Origin: Octopus vulgaris
Taxonomy: Eukaryota
DNA: 64,000 bases
Direction: 5' to 3'
Assembly: GCA_951406725.2 (NCBI GenBank)
Contig: OX597820.1
Location: 3,782,001-3,846,000, forward strand
Shown: positions 1 to 13,897 of the stretch, piece after piece
Numbering within the stretch: the stretch's first letter is position 1
Layout of the letters: every line of letters begins with the position of its first letter
Position numbers and translations under genes: made by a program
Notes under the pieces: model-generated
What the model was told of the DNA's origin: nothing
Database searches by the model: none
The model's input: only the letters and a program-made list of their open reading frames with translations

Positions 1-759
1 TTGTGGTTGTGATCCCCGTGCCGGTGGCATGTAAAAAGCACCATCCAAACGTGACTGATGCCAGTGCCATCTTGACTGGCTTCTGTGTCGGTGGCACGTA
101 AAAAGCAACATCTGATCATGGCCGATGCCACCCCTGTCTGGCTCCTGTGCCGGTGGCATGTAAAAAAAGCACCCACTACACTCTCAGAGAGAAGACATAG
201 AACATTACCCATCTTCTCCCTCACCCCCACCCCCAGCTGCATCCCACTAAGAACTTCCGAGACCACTGCACATGCTAGATTTCACCATTCCTGGTTATCT
301 TTCCTGCCAAATCCATATCCTCAACTTAAATGCTTTATCACAAAGATTGGCATTCCTCTTCAGGGCCAACAACTACTGATCCTTTATGAAATTCAAGTGG
401 GGTCCACAAGGGGAATACTGCTCCCACATTCAGGATGTTGCTGCTGATGCTATACACATATAATATATAGACATTCTAGACTTCACCCAAAGGAAGGCCA
501 TTCAACTAATTTGCATAAAGTCACTGACAGACACACTAAGCCTCTGCCCAACAGACATGTGGCCCCTTCTCACTGCTTTTTCTATAGCCACTACAGTGAC
601 CTCTACTCCTTAAAGCTTGTCTTTCTCCCGCCTGTCATTTGCTCGAGTCTTTCTCCTCATTAACTTGCTGTCACAATCCATTAATCCTTGTCTATGTATT
701 ACATTACTCACTGAGGTGAAAAAAAAAATGTAATTTACTCCCTTATTTTCATGTTGTAG

Positions 760-897
760 GTTGCCCCGATGGAAAATATGGTAAAGGATGCACTAAAACA
801 TGCAGTCCCATGTGTATAGTACCAGGCTGCTTTGCAAACAATGGTAGTTGTAACTCTGGCTGTAAAGCAGGATTCCAAGGAAGGAAGTGTAATGAAG
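760..897 (+). CDS. Exon 1 (in window): EGF-like module [45 protein letters not shown]
   Basis: tgtag acceptor, G|gtaaca donor, 138 nt, phase 1-1, 8 Cys; absent from the ORF track. Confidence 0.9.
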
Positions 898-3800
898 GTA
901 ACAGTCAACTTACCAATCTGTTAAAAATTATGATTAATATCATTGATTGATTGATTGTTTGTTTTCTTTTCAATATTTGTATCGTCTTTAATCTTTAGTC
1001 ACATGTATTCTTTTTATTAAATCCAGCTTGTTCTGTTTGCAGTTACAAGTTGTTTCAAATGTACGAATACTAAATCACTGAGGTTTTTGTTTTTTCTGTG
1101 ATTCTTTGTTCCCAGATATAATTTTCATTAAAATGATTCCTTCAAAAGTTCCAAACTCTGCCTGATATATTATTCCATTTTCATTTGTATTAAGCAAAAA
1201 GTTAGGTGTTAGGTGTGGATCATGTAAAATTTTTTTGTGTGGTTATGACTTAGATATAACTGAAAATAAGTCATTAAGGATACTGACTTTTTGGCCTCTG
1301 TGCTGGTAGCACATAAAAAAGCTCCATCTGAACGTGGTCAATGCCAGTATCCCCTGACTGGATCCTGTGCTGGTGGCATGTAAAAAGCTCCATCTGAATA
1401 TGGTCAATGCCAATAGACCCTGACTGGCTCTGGTGCCGGTGGCATGTAAAAAGCTCCATCTGAATGTGGTCAATGCCAGTGCCCCCTAACTGGCTCTGGT
1501 GCTGGTGGCATTAAAAAATCACCATCTGAACGTGGTCATTGCTAGTGCCCCCTGACTGGATCCTGTGCCTGTGACATGTAGAAAGCACCCACTACACTCT
1601 CAGAGTGGTTGTTGTTAGGAAGGGCATCCAGCTGTAGAAACATTGCTAAATCCGATTTGTGCCTGGTGCAGCCTACTGGCTTGCTAGTCCTCAGTCAAAC
1701 CATCCAGCCCATGCCAGTATGGAAAGCGGATGTTAAATGATGATGATGATGGTGTGTGTGTGTGTGATTGTAAGATTGTGAGTTCAACTCCTGGACTAGG
1801 CAATGTGTTGTGTTCTTGAGCAAGACCCTTCATTTCACATTGCCTCACTCCATTCAGCTGACAAAATTGAGTAATCCTGCATTGGATTGGTGCACCATCC
1901 AGAAAGGAATATATATACTATAGAATCCAGGAACTTGGCCTTATGAGCCCCTATGGCTCAAGAAGGATCTTTGATCCTTTCACACACACACACACACAGG
2001 GCAAAGATCCTTTGCTGCATTTTCCAACTTTCCTTAGATGAGAACATTGCATAGGAATGCATTCTGAATGCAAACTGATTATTATAGCTTAATCTCCTAA
2101 TCTTAAACATCTTGTACAAAATCAAAATGTTTCCTTTTCATTCTCATAAAACCCTTTCCATTTGTCCATGTAATTAGTTTAATTAGTTAGAATTACTGTT
2201 TTATAATTGTTATTTCCCTACAGCAAGTCTGATTAGCATCAGAATGTTAATTGATTCATTTACATTCGGAATGTAAACCCTTCAAAAAGCTGTGCATTTT
2301 CCTCAGGTGAATGTGAGTGTTTGCAGAATAACAAGCCTTTATAGTTCGTTTATATTCCTGAGAAAGGGGATCAATATATCATTTCATTATTCTGTAGTTG
2401 TGTGCTCCACAGTAAAATTCATGCATGTGAAGTGACTCAACCCTTTTGCATTCAGATTATTCTGTTAACCCTTTCATTACCAACCCAGCTGAAACCGGTT
2501 CTGGCTCTGTAGTACAAATGTCTTGTTTTCATAAGTTTTGAATTAAAATCTTCCACCAAACCTTAGTCACAATTTATGTTCCTAACACTAGCTTAATGAT
2601 AACTAAGTTATTTTACTAAATTCTTTGTTATATTTAAAATTAATTGAAAAAAACAGAAATATGATAACAAAAGGGTTAAAATATATAATAGAGAAACAAT
2701 TCTAAATCCTTTTGATACCAACCTGGTTGAAAGCACCCCTGGCTCTGTAGTACAAATGTCTTGTTTTCAAAAATTCTGAATTAAAATCTTCCACCAAACC
2801 TTAGTCACAATTTATGTTCCTAACACTAGCTTAATGATAACTAAGTTATTTTTCTAAATTCTTTGTTATATATAAAATTAATTGAAAGAAACTCGGAGCA
2901 TCTCAACAGAAATATGGTTACAAAAAGGTTAAAATATATAATAGAGAAACAATTTTTAACCCTTTTGTTACCAACCCAGCTGAAAATGCTTCTGGCTCTG
3001 AGTACAAATGTCTTGCTTTCAAAAGTTTTGAATTAAAATCTTCCACCAAACTTTAGTCACAATTTATGTTCCTAACACTAGCTTAGGGATAATGAAGTTA
3101 TTTAACTAAATTCTTTGTTATATTTATAATTAATTGAAAGGAACTCTTCAGAGCATCTCAACAGAAATATGATAACAAAAGGGTTAAAATATATAATAGA
3201 GAAACAATTTTTAACCCTTTCGTTACCAACCTGGCTGAAAATGCTTCTGGCTCTGAGTACAAATGTCTTGTTTTCATAAGTTTTGAATGAAAATCTTCCA
3301 CCAAACCTTAGTCACAATTTATGTTCCTAACACTAGCTTAGGGATAATGAAGTTATTTAACTAAATTCTTTGTTATATTTAAAATTAATTGAAAGAAGCA
3401 CAAAGCATCAGAAATACAGTAATGAAAGGGTTAAATATAGTCTTTTTTTATTTACATTGTTTTCAATTAATCATGCATTATCTCATAGCTTTGAGATTTT
3501 GATAATGTAATCATTTATTTTTAGAATGACATTGTAGGTAGGTAGGAGAGGCCAGATCTGGCCATTTGAACATAAAATGGTTGAATGTTTTGGCCAGATT
3601 TGGCTGGCTCAAATGTTAAACGGTTAAAGTTAATTTTGATTTGGAATATGTTTTTGAATTTTGAAATGTTTTAAATTTTAGAATAATTTCTCTTATCTTT
3701 TATAAAAAAAAAAGACAAACAAACTATCTTTTATTACTTCAGAATGTGATTTTACCAGGTTTGGAGAGAGGTGTTCCAAAAAATGTCACTGCAAAAAAAG

Positions 3801-5210
3801 AGTAGAAAGATGTGATAAAGTGACTGGAGTGTGTAAGAGTGGTTGTTCTGCAGGTTGGCTTGGAGAAAATTGCCAGCAAGGTGAGGTTTACCGATTTTTA
3901 ACAATAGCTCTATTGTAATTTCCCATCTTATTCAGTACAACTTAACCCTTTTGACACCAACTTGCCTGAGGTTGCCCTTTGTTGTAAGATAAAAATCCCC
4001 TGTTTTAAAGGGATCTAAATTAAAGCCTTACATCAAAGTTTTACGTTGATTTATGCCCCAACATCAGACTAATAAATGACAAAGTTATTTTTATAAATTT
4101 TTCATTCTTTCCAAAAAATTAAGGCAGTCAGCTGGCAGACTCGTTAGCAAGCTGGACAAAATGTTTAATGACACTTTGTCTATCTTTACTGAGGTCAACT
4201 TTGTCTTTCATCCTTTCGGGGTCGATGAAATAAGTACCGGTTTTGCACTGGGGCTGAAGTAATCAACAAATCCCCTTTGCCAAAATTTCAGGCCTTGTAC
4301 CTAGAGTAGAAAGGATTATTTCCAAAATTAATTAAAACAAAGACAGTGTAACTCAACAGAAATAAGGTTTAAAAAATGGTTGATATTTTCATTTCTAAAT
4401 AGGTTAACGTGAAAGGCTTAAAAATTCTACTTAACTCATCTTGAACTCAGAATTTTGATTTTTTTCCAGTTTTACTGAATGTTTTAGGTGCATTACAATA
4501 TGTAGTTGGTAGAAGAAATACTGCAGTAACTAGGCTATTCTATTGGCAATGTGTATACATTAAGTATGATATATAGATAACTGTTTTGATTTAATACTGC
4601 CTCAATTGTGTATACCAGATTCTTAGTCAGCCAGACAGCTATTCACATCAGTGAATGTCTTAGTCAGTGTTCCCTATTTCTGAAGTAACAGATTCTCATC
4701 TGAATATGCACCATTGTAAAGGCCCCAAAAGGCCCAAATGCATCTGGTGTTCTTGCTGGTTATTGCTAGGGTGGATTTTCTTCTGCCTCTGATATTTATT
4801 GTGTTTTTAACACAACACGTCCATCTGGGAAGTTACCTCAGGACAAATACTGCAATAACTGGCCTACTGACAGGGAGTATACATTTAGTATGTTAATTAG
4901 ATGGCTATTTTAGTTTACAAAATGAAAAGAAAACTCATGGGAAAATTCTCAAAACTAATTTCCATCCGTTTTCCCCTAAATTATAAAGAAAGTGTGTGTG
5001 GGATCTTATAATTTCTTTCCATTGACAGAAATTATATTATTAAATAATTGGTTCTGTCTTTATTTTGAATAGTTTTGTTACAGAATTGGAAATTATTTTT
5101 CAAAAAGCACCATATTATTTGCTATTTTACCTTTTTTTTAAGCACTTAATTCTTATAAGTTTCAAATTTCTTAGTATTCTTACAAGTAAAAATTAGAAAA
5201 CGTGTATCTA

Positions 5211-5276
<66 letters not shown>

Positions 5277-8200
5277 CGCAGGAGTGGCTGTGTGGTAAGT
5301 AGCTTGCTTACCAACCACATGGTTCTGGATTCAGTCCCACTGCATGGTACCTTGGGCAAGTGTCTTCTACTATAGCCTTAGGCCGACCATCTTATTTAAT
5401 TTATTTATTGCCCACAAGGGGCTAAACATAGAGGGGACAAACAAGGACAGACAAAGGGATTAAGTCAATTACATCGACCCCAGTGCGTAACTATTACTTA
5501 ATTTATCAACCCCAAAGGGATGAAAGGCAAAGTCAACCATTGCAGAATTTTAACTCAGAATGGCAGACGAAATACTGCTAAGCATTTCACCCGGCATGCT
5601 AATGTTTCTGCCAGCTCGCCGACCATCACCTGGCAACTGATGTTGGTGTGTTTACATCACCGTAACTTAGCAGTTCAGCAAAAAAGATCGATAGAATAAG
5701 TACTAGGCTTACAAAGAATAAGTCCTGGGGTCAAATTGTTCAACTAAAGGTGGTGTTCCAGCATGGCCGCAGCCAAATGACTGAAGCAAGTAAAAATGAA
5801 AGAATAAAAGATATATGTATGTATGTATGTATGTATGTTTGTTTGTTTGTTTGTTTATGTTGTTCATGTATTGTTTTTATTTTTTAATTGTTTTTACAGC
5901 ATGTGAAGATTTTAAATTTGGAATTAATTGCACAAAGGACTGCCGATGCCGGGACAAAAGTGAATCCTGTGACAAGAAATCTGGCCGATGCCGCACTTTG
6001 TGTGCCCCAGGTTGGAAAGGAGAAGATTGTCAAGAAGGTCAGTACATGATGCCAAGAACTTTGGAGGATATCCTCTGAGTCTTATTCCAAAAGCAAGACT
6101 ATGTTTTAAATAAATAAATATTCAGGCATATACAGACTTAGGTATTGCTGTATGATAAAAATGTTCACTTGCAAACCATGTGGTTTCAGGTTCAATCCTG
6201 CTGTCAACACCTTGGGCAAGAGATTTTTATTGTAGCCCTGGGCTTTCCCAGTTGTTTCCAGACAGTCATAAGCGTGTAATACTTTGCCACAATACAAGAA
6301 TAGAACATATTCAGAATAGACTCAACTTGTGATGTCATTGCTGCCAAATCCTTAAAATTCCTGCAAGAAATATAACAAAAGATCCAGATGCTTTAGAAAT
6401 GCATCGTCCATACTGTTCAGTTACAATTGTTAAGAATCCACTCAAGTAACAAACCGTGTGATTATGAGCTTAATCTTCGATGACATCAACTAACATTTCT
6501 TTATTTGTTAAGGGTGTCTCTACAGATTTTCTATAAAATTTAGAGCCAGTACTGAAAGTTACAATGTTTCATATATGAATACATCTATGTAAACAATGCG
6601 ATCAAAGCTAGAAAAATAGGCAACGGGTGTATATACCTATTTCAAAAATTCTTGCTCTTTCGTCAGTATTACATCCAACCCATTAATTATCCACAAACAC
6701 ATTGCTAAAATAACTTTGGATTTCCTATCTTAACACTTTAACCACATTGTGTGCCATATACGGTACATGGGTAACTGTCCCAACCTGCATCATGTACCAC
6801 TATTAATTCACAGTATAAATTAAAAAAAGTTTTTTTAATTGATATTTTAATGAGCTCAGTTGTTATTATACATGGTTTATGTTTTAGAAATGAAGGATGA
6901 TAACTAGATTTTGCAAACTTATAACATCTATTCCTGTTTCGTTATTAAATGGCGGTGCTCCAGCATGGCCACAGCTCTGAACTACAGAAAAAGGAAAAAA
7001 AAACTTATCAATAATAATTAAGTAAAATAATTAATGAGAAAAAGCAACTGAACAAGACACTGGTGAGGCTTAATGGCTAAACTCAGAGATTTGTTTAAAG
7101 TGTTAATATTGAGCAATTATTAAAATTAACAAATTTCATTGAAGAATTTGTAATCTGTATCCATTTTATTGTTTTTTTGGAGGGTGGAGGGGCAAGTTCC
7201 TAATTTGTCACTTTCACTGATTTCTTAATGGTTTTCCAAATTTTTAAACTCTTTTATTGAAATTTAAATGTTTCAAAGTAGTTTATGGAATGTCTTTTCT
7301 TTTTCCCCTTTACCTTTACTCCTGAAGATTGTGCTGAAACTAGTCGCTATGGATTTAGCTGTAAGAAGCGTTGCAGTCATTATTGTAAAAGTCAGAAATG
7401 TGACCGCATCACAGGCAAGTGCCTGACGGGATGCATACAGGGTCACCGAGGAGACAAATGCGACGAAGGCAAGTTGTGGCTTTTATCTTTTATTTTTTTC
7501 ATGGCACCAATGAAGTCATCATGTTATCTCACAGGGTCAAAGCTGACCCTTAAACTGAGTGTGAGTAGAGTAGAGAGAGAAGTGGTCTTTATGCTAGGAA
7601 CATTATTTACATTATTTAACCACTGCGCCATATGCCCATGGGCATATGGTGCAGTGTGGTTAAGAGCACGGGCTACTAACCCCAAGATTCAGAGTTAGAT
7701 TTCGGGCACTGACCTTAATAATAATGATGATGATGACGATGCCGCCACTGCCGCTGACAACAGCAACAGCAGTGGAGGCGCAATGGCCTAATGGTTAAGG
7801 CAGCAGACTCGCGGTCGGAGGATCGCGGTTTCGATTCCCAGACCGGGCGTTGTGTGTGTTTATTGAGCGCAAACACCTAAATCGCCACGAGGCTCTGGCA
7901 GGAGGGGGGGTGGCGACCCCTGTTGTATTCTTTCGCTCCTACTTTCTCTCACTCTTTCTTCCTGTTTCTTGTCCCGGACTTCCTACGCAACCACTGAGCC
8001 TGGATGCGCATTCATCCATCCGTCGATGCTCTCGGTGTCGGGGTTTGACCTGCTTTCTCTTCTGCGGGTCTTACGAATAGCAAAGGACCATGTTTCAGAC
8101 TTCTCCCATCTTGCGAGCTCTGGGACGAAGACCGTTCGCTCAACAGCAACAGCAACAACAACATTGAAAAATACCTTAGGAATGAGAACCCAGGTTTGAA

Positions 8201-11200
8201 ATTACCCCAAGACACCTGATGAATCCTGGAGGTTCAAATTCCGCTGAGGTCAGCTTTGCCTGTCATTCTTTTGGGGGTCGATAAATTAAGTACCAGTTGC
8301 GTACTGAGGTTGATGTAACCAATTGGCTTCCTCCCCCAAAATTTCAGGCCTTGTGCCTTGAGTAGAAAAGAATGATAATAATAATAATGATTTCTTTAAT
8401 AACCACAAGGGTTTACGTTAAGAAAAACTTTATGGACAGCAGAGGACAAAAGAATGTGTGTGTGTTTGTTTGTATGTGAGTGTGTGTGTGTGTGTGTTTG
8501 TTGTTGTGAGGGTTTGCATGTAAACAAGACTAACAAAATTATAAAAAAGAAAGAAAAAAATCAACAATGTGTAATCCTCAATAAGGAGGAGACATTCAAG
8601 GGCTGCTTGTGGAAAAACCCCATAAAAAAACCATGGGTGCCCTGACTTTTGGGGCAGGTACCTTTTTTCCTTCCCTTTTTTCCAACTACAAGCATATACT
8701 CAGGGAAGGCCTGTTCACTCACCCCTTTCATCCACCTTTCAGCAAAATGACCAGAAGGCAACACTTCCCCTTCTTCCCTTATTTTCCTTTTCAAGTGAAA
8801 CTTAAAGAAGTTGATCAGGGATTGGCCACAGAGAAAAGTGTTTGTCTTCAGCCCCTTCAATCTCCTCCACCATACAACCTCTTTCGCCATCACCACAGCC
8901 TGCCCTTCCTGGTTAAAGGAACGTGGTGGGACGATCTTCACGATAGCTCTAGTTGACAGCTGGATCCATCCCATACATGACAGCAAGTGTTCGACATAAA
9001 GCCACAGGTCAGCAATGGCCGGGCACTGGACAAGTGCATGCAGGACCATCTTATTGTCCTGTGTGCATCTCAGACATGTTCTATTAGAATGGTTTCAAAT
9101 TTTGGCACACGGCCAGCAAGTTCAAGGAGGGGGTAAGTTGATTACATCAACCCCCAGTGCTCAACTGATATTTATTTTATCGACCCCTGAAAGATGAAAA
9201 GCAAATTCAGAACACAAAGATGGACAAAATGCTGCCATGCATTTTAGCTGGTATGGTAACGATTCTGCTAGTTTGCTGTAATGATAATAAGGGAAGGATG
9301 AGAAAAAGGGGAGGTGGTGAGTGGGTTACAAGAGTGAAAGATATAAGGGTAGAAGTAGCTAGAGGTACTTAGTGTGTCAATGGGAACTGGTTGAGGGGAG
9401 ATGGAAAGGTAACGGGTAGCACAGAAGGGTGATCAATGGAGAATGTGAGTGGAGAGGGAAAATGTTAAGGATAAAGGATGAACGTCAAAGGAAGAGGTTC
9501 TTGTAGCGCAGCAAGGTCAATGAAATATCTAGTTCCGTTCTTATGCGATTGCAGTTGCAGAATAGTGCAGGAGTTAGGAGAATGATGGAAGGATGAGTGA
9601 TAAGGAGGCGAGGGATAGTGGGAATGATATGGAAGGCAAACTGTGCAAGGAACCCTGATGTGTATATACACATTATGCTTCCAGAACCTCAGTTATATCA
9701 TGGTGAGTTAGTTTTCTTGAGCCCTGCATATCACAGGACATTTTTTCTTGAGCACTGCATACAACAGGATATCTTTTTGCACGTTATATCTGACTCCTCT
9801 TATGTCTAAATTCTTTCAACATATTTGTATTTTGTCCTTCATGCACACTGACATTGTACATCCAACAGAGCATACTGGCTTCATCTCTTTCTAGTCTTTG
9901 CAAGTCCTCTACATTCAGGAACTGAATTTGTGAAACTTCTAATGTAATTAATTCTCATCAGACTAAGTGATGCAATTGTATTGTTTTACAAAAATAAATT
10001 ATAAATTTTTTGCATTTGTACTTAAAGGAAATTTTTTTTCTTATGTTGCTGTTTTGAAATTACTTGACTCTACTTTACCTGTTATGATGTGTTATTTAAC
10101 TAAAGAGAATATATCAGATGTATTCTGTGCAACTCAAGTAATTTGTTACAATTTCTTAAATGTTTTTTTCAACAGAATGCCTTGATGGAACATATGGACC
10201 TGATTGTAATAAAACTTGCAATTCCAACTGCATTGACGGTGTCTGCGAATGGTATAATGGTTATTGCAAATTAGGCTGCAAACCAGGTTTCCAAGGTGGT
10301 CATTGCAATGAAGGTAATGTTAATTCCATATTTGTAAACTTTCTATTTTAATTAACTACAAATGTCATTAAGTGACATCTTGGTGCCTGGTGAGAATAAG
10401 ACACCAAAATCTACAATATGAAATAGGGTTTGAAAGAATAATCTGTCATGCAGGTCAACAAGGGACGTGTTCAAATCTTAGGCAGAGGGGTTCATTCAAA
10501 AAATATATTGCAGTCTCCACCCAATGCCAGTATAGCCAGAAATAAGCCTGCAACTTATTCTGGAAGGCATAGGGTGGGAGTGCAACAGATGCTTGACCTG
10601 GGACCCCGGGGCATAAAGATGATAAGTGATTCTGAACTGTTGATAAAGATGGAATACAAAATTCCAATAGGTGCTATTCAGGCAAGTTTGCACTTATAGA
10701 TTTTGCATTTGTGGACTTCTTCAGGGCAATCCAATTTGATGCCCCAGCAGGAGTCTGCCACCCTATTTTCTCCCATTGCCCTTGGTAGTGCTCTTCTATG
10801 GTTATGAGGCTCAGATGAAAGCACTCTCCTTGTTCATTACTTACAGTCCCAAGATTCTCTGGGAATGAATCAAGGTGACTATTCAGGAAATGGAACTTGG
10901 CACTCATGTTGCATCCAAGATTGTGAAAAGCCAGCAGCATTTTGGTTAAAACAGAACTTTGTAGTTCTCTGCCTTGTTGTTCCCCCAAAAGTTTCATACA
11001 GTTGCCATAAAAGACAGCCATGCTGCTTTCTCCTTGTCATCCGTTTTCCTAACAAATTCCTTGTCACAACACAAGGGCATCAATGTAAGTTCCATGGAAC
11101 TCCCTTGTTTTGATCTTCTTCAAAGACAAAGCAGGAAAAGCAGAAACCATATATTGAAAATAATGACTCTCAGTATTTAAAATCTTCATGAACTTTGATC

Positions 11201-13153
11201 TGAACCAAGGGGAAAAAATTATCTTTTCTCATTATAAACAACAAGACCAGGCAATTGTTTCAGTTAAAGAACATTTTTTTAAAAATCTATTTTAGTCTTT
11301 ATTTCTTTGTTTTAATATTTACTGACCTTAACCCTTTTGTTACTGTATTTATTTGGAGATGCTCTGTGTTTCTTTCAATTAATTTTAAATATAACAAAGA
11401 ATTTAGTAAAATGACTTAGTTATCCTTAAGCTAGTGTTAGGAACATAAAATGTGACTAAGGTTTGGTGGAAGATTTTAATTCAAAACTTATGAAAACAAG
11501 ACATTTGTACTACAGAGCCAGAACCGGTTTCAGCTGGGTTGGTATCAAAAGGATTAAGAATTGTTTCTCTATTATATATTTTAACCTTTTTGTTATCATA
11601 TTTCTATTGAGATGCTCTGAGGAGTTCCTTTCAATTAATTTTAAATATAACAAAGAATTTAGTAAAATAACTTAGTTATCATTAAGCTAGTGTTAGGAAC
11701 ATAAATTGTGACTAAGGTTTGGTGGAAGATTTTAATTCAGAACTTTTGGAAACAAGACATTCGTAGTGCAGAGCAGTTTGAGCCAAGTTGGTATCAAAAG
11801 GGTTAAGAATTTTTTCTCTATTATATATTTTAACCCTTTCATTACAGTATTTATTTTGAGATGCTCTGTATTTCTTTCAATTACTTTAACTATAACAAAG
11901 AATTTATTAAAATAACTTTGTTATCATTAAGCTAGTGTTAGGAACATAAATTGTGACTAAGGTTTGGTGGAAGATTTTAATTCAAAACTTATGAAAACAA
12001 GACATTTGTACTACAGAGCCAGAGCCAGTTTCAGACGGGTTGATAACGAAAGGGTTAAGGTATTGAACTGGCAGAATTATTCGCATGTTGGGGCAAAATT
12101 CTTCACAGCATTTCATCGGTCTTTATGTTCTGGGTTCACATTCTGCTGAGGTTGACTTTGCCTTTCATCCTTTTGAGATTGATAAAATAAGTACCAGTTA
12201 AACACTGGGGTCGATGTAATCGACTTGCCTCCTCCTCCTCCTCCTCCTCCCAAAATTGCTTGCCTTGTAATAAAAATTTGAAATCCGTATTTAATGTCTT
12301 TTCTTTATATATGTATCTTCCAGAATGTGATGATTATACCTTTGGACCAAACTGTCAAGAGAAATGCCGATGTATTGATGAGAGCGAAGTTTGCAATAAA
12401 TCAACCGGGGTGTGCGTTAGCAGTTGTCAGACAGGCTGGAGGGGTGCAAACTGCTCGCTTTGTAAGTATATATAACTGAAGTACCTTAAGAATCATTGTA
12501 TCAATGTTGCCTGAATTGGAAAGCAAAGACAATAACTTGGAACTGAAAGTGGATCAAATATAGACAATCCCTGGCTTGTGTCAGATTTGTATCTTCAAGC
12601 ATCAACTAATCACATTTTTGTCTCAGTATACAGTATACATACATCATCGTCATCGTCACCATCATCATCACCATCCTCATCCTCATCATCATCATCATTT
12701 ACTGTCTACTTTTCAATGCTTGCATGGGTCAGACAGAATTAGTCAAGCCAGGTTTTCCATGGTTGCTTGTCCTTCCTGTCACCAATCCTCACCTGTTTCC
12801 AAATAAGGTGATATTTTCCCATAGCTAGACATGTTTTTCATGGAAGACTGCAAGTAAACAACCTCACTTGTATGACAGTGATGCTCATTTACAACCATCA
12901 CAAGATGTCAAGACGAATACACACTAACACACACAGACACACACACACACACACACACACACTTTCAGTTTCTGTCTAACAAATTCACTCACAAGGCTTT
13001 GGTCGGCCCAAGGCTATAGTAGAAGACACTTGCCCAAGGTGCCATGCAGTGGGACTGAACCTGGAACCATGTGGGTGGGAAGCAAGCTATTTAGCACACA
13101 CCCTCTCCAGCACCTATATATATGTATGTATGTATGTATGTATATATATGTGC

Positions 13154-13188
<35 letters not shown>

Positions 13189-13802
13189 CATACATATATA
13201 TATATATATACACACACATATATATACATATATATATATATATACATAATTGATCAAAATAAAAACATGATGCGAAGGATTCAGCGGTACATATGTTTCG
13301 GGCCTTTATTAGACAGATTTATAACAATGCATAATGTATGTCTGTGGCCTTCTTCAGCCGCGCACAACAGCTTCCACAAGGACATGTGTTACATCAAAAA
13401 TTCTTGGTTGGGGATGCAAATCCTCTCATTCGCGTACAACATAATAGAATTGAAGCGTCCATCTCTTTCTTCTCTCATTGAGAGAAGAAAGAGATGGACG
13501 CTTCAATTCTATTATGTCGTACGCGAATGAGAGGATTTGCATCCTCAACCAAGAATTTTTGATGTAACACATGTCCTTGTGGAAGCTGTTGTGCGCGGCT
13601 GAAGAAGGCCACAGACATACATTATGCATTGTTATAAATCTGTCTAATAAAGGCCCGAAACATATGTACCGCTGAATCCTTCGCATCATGTTTTTATTTT
13701 GATCAATTTACTCCACCACCTACACCACCAAACGGTATACACAGGTGCTTATAATTATCAAGTACTCACCCCGAATTTCTATATATATACATACATATAT
13801 AT

Positions 13803-13897
<95 letters not shown>

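Noticed and set aside
7772-7850. Functional tRNA genes (also 37111-37180, 46000-46072, 48669-48745)
   Set aside because: tRNA-like heads continue into SINE bodies and lack a clean acceptor stem and terminator
13030-13689. Duplicated [15 protein letters not shown] on both strands
   Set aside because: By-product of the palindrome; no domain similarity recognised
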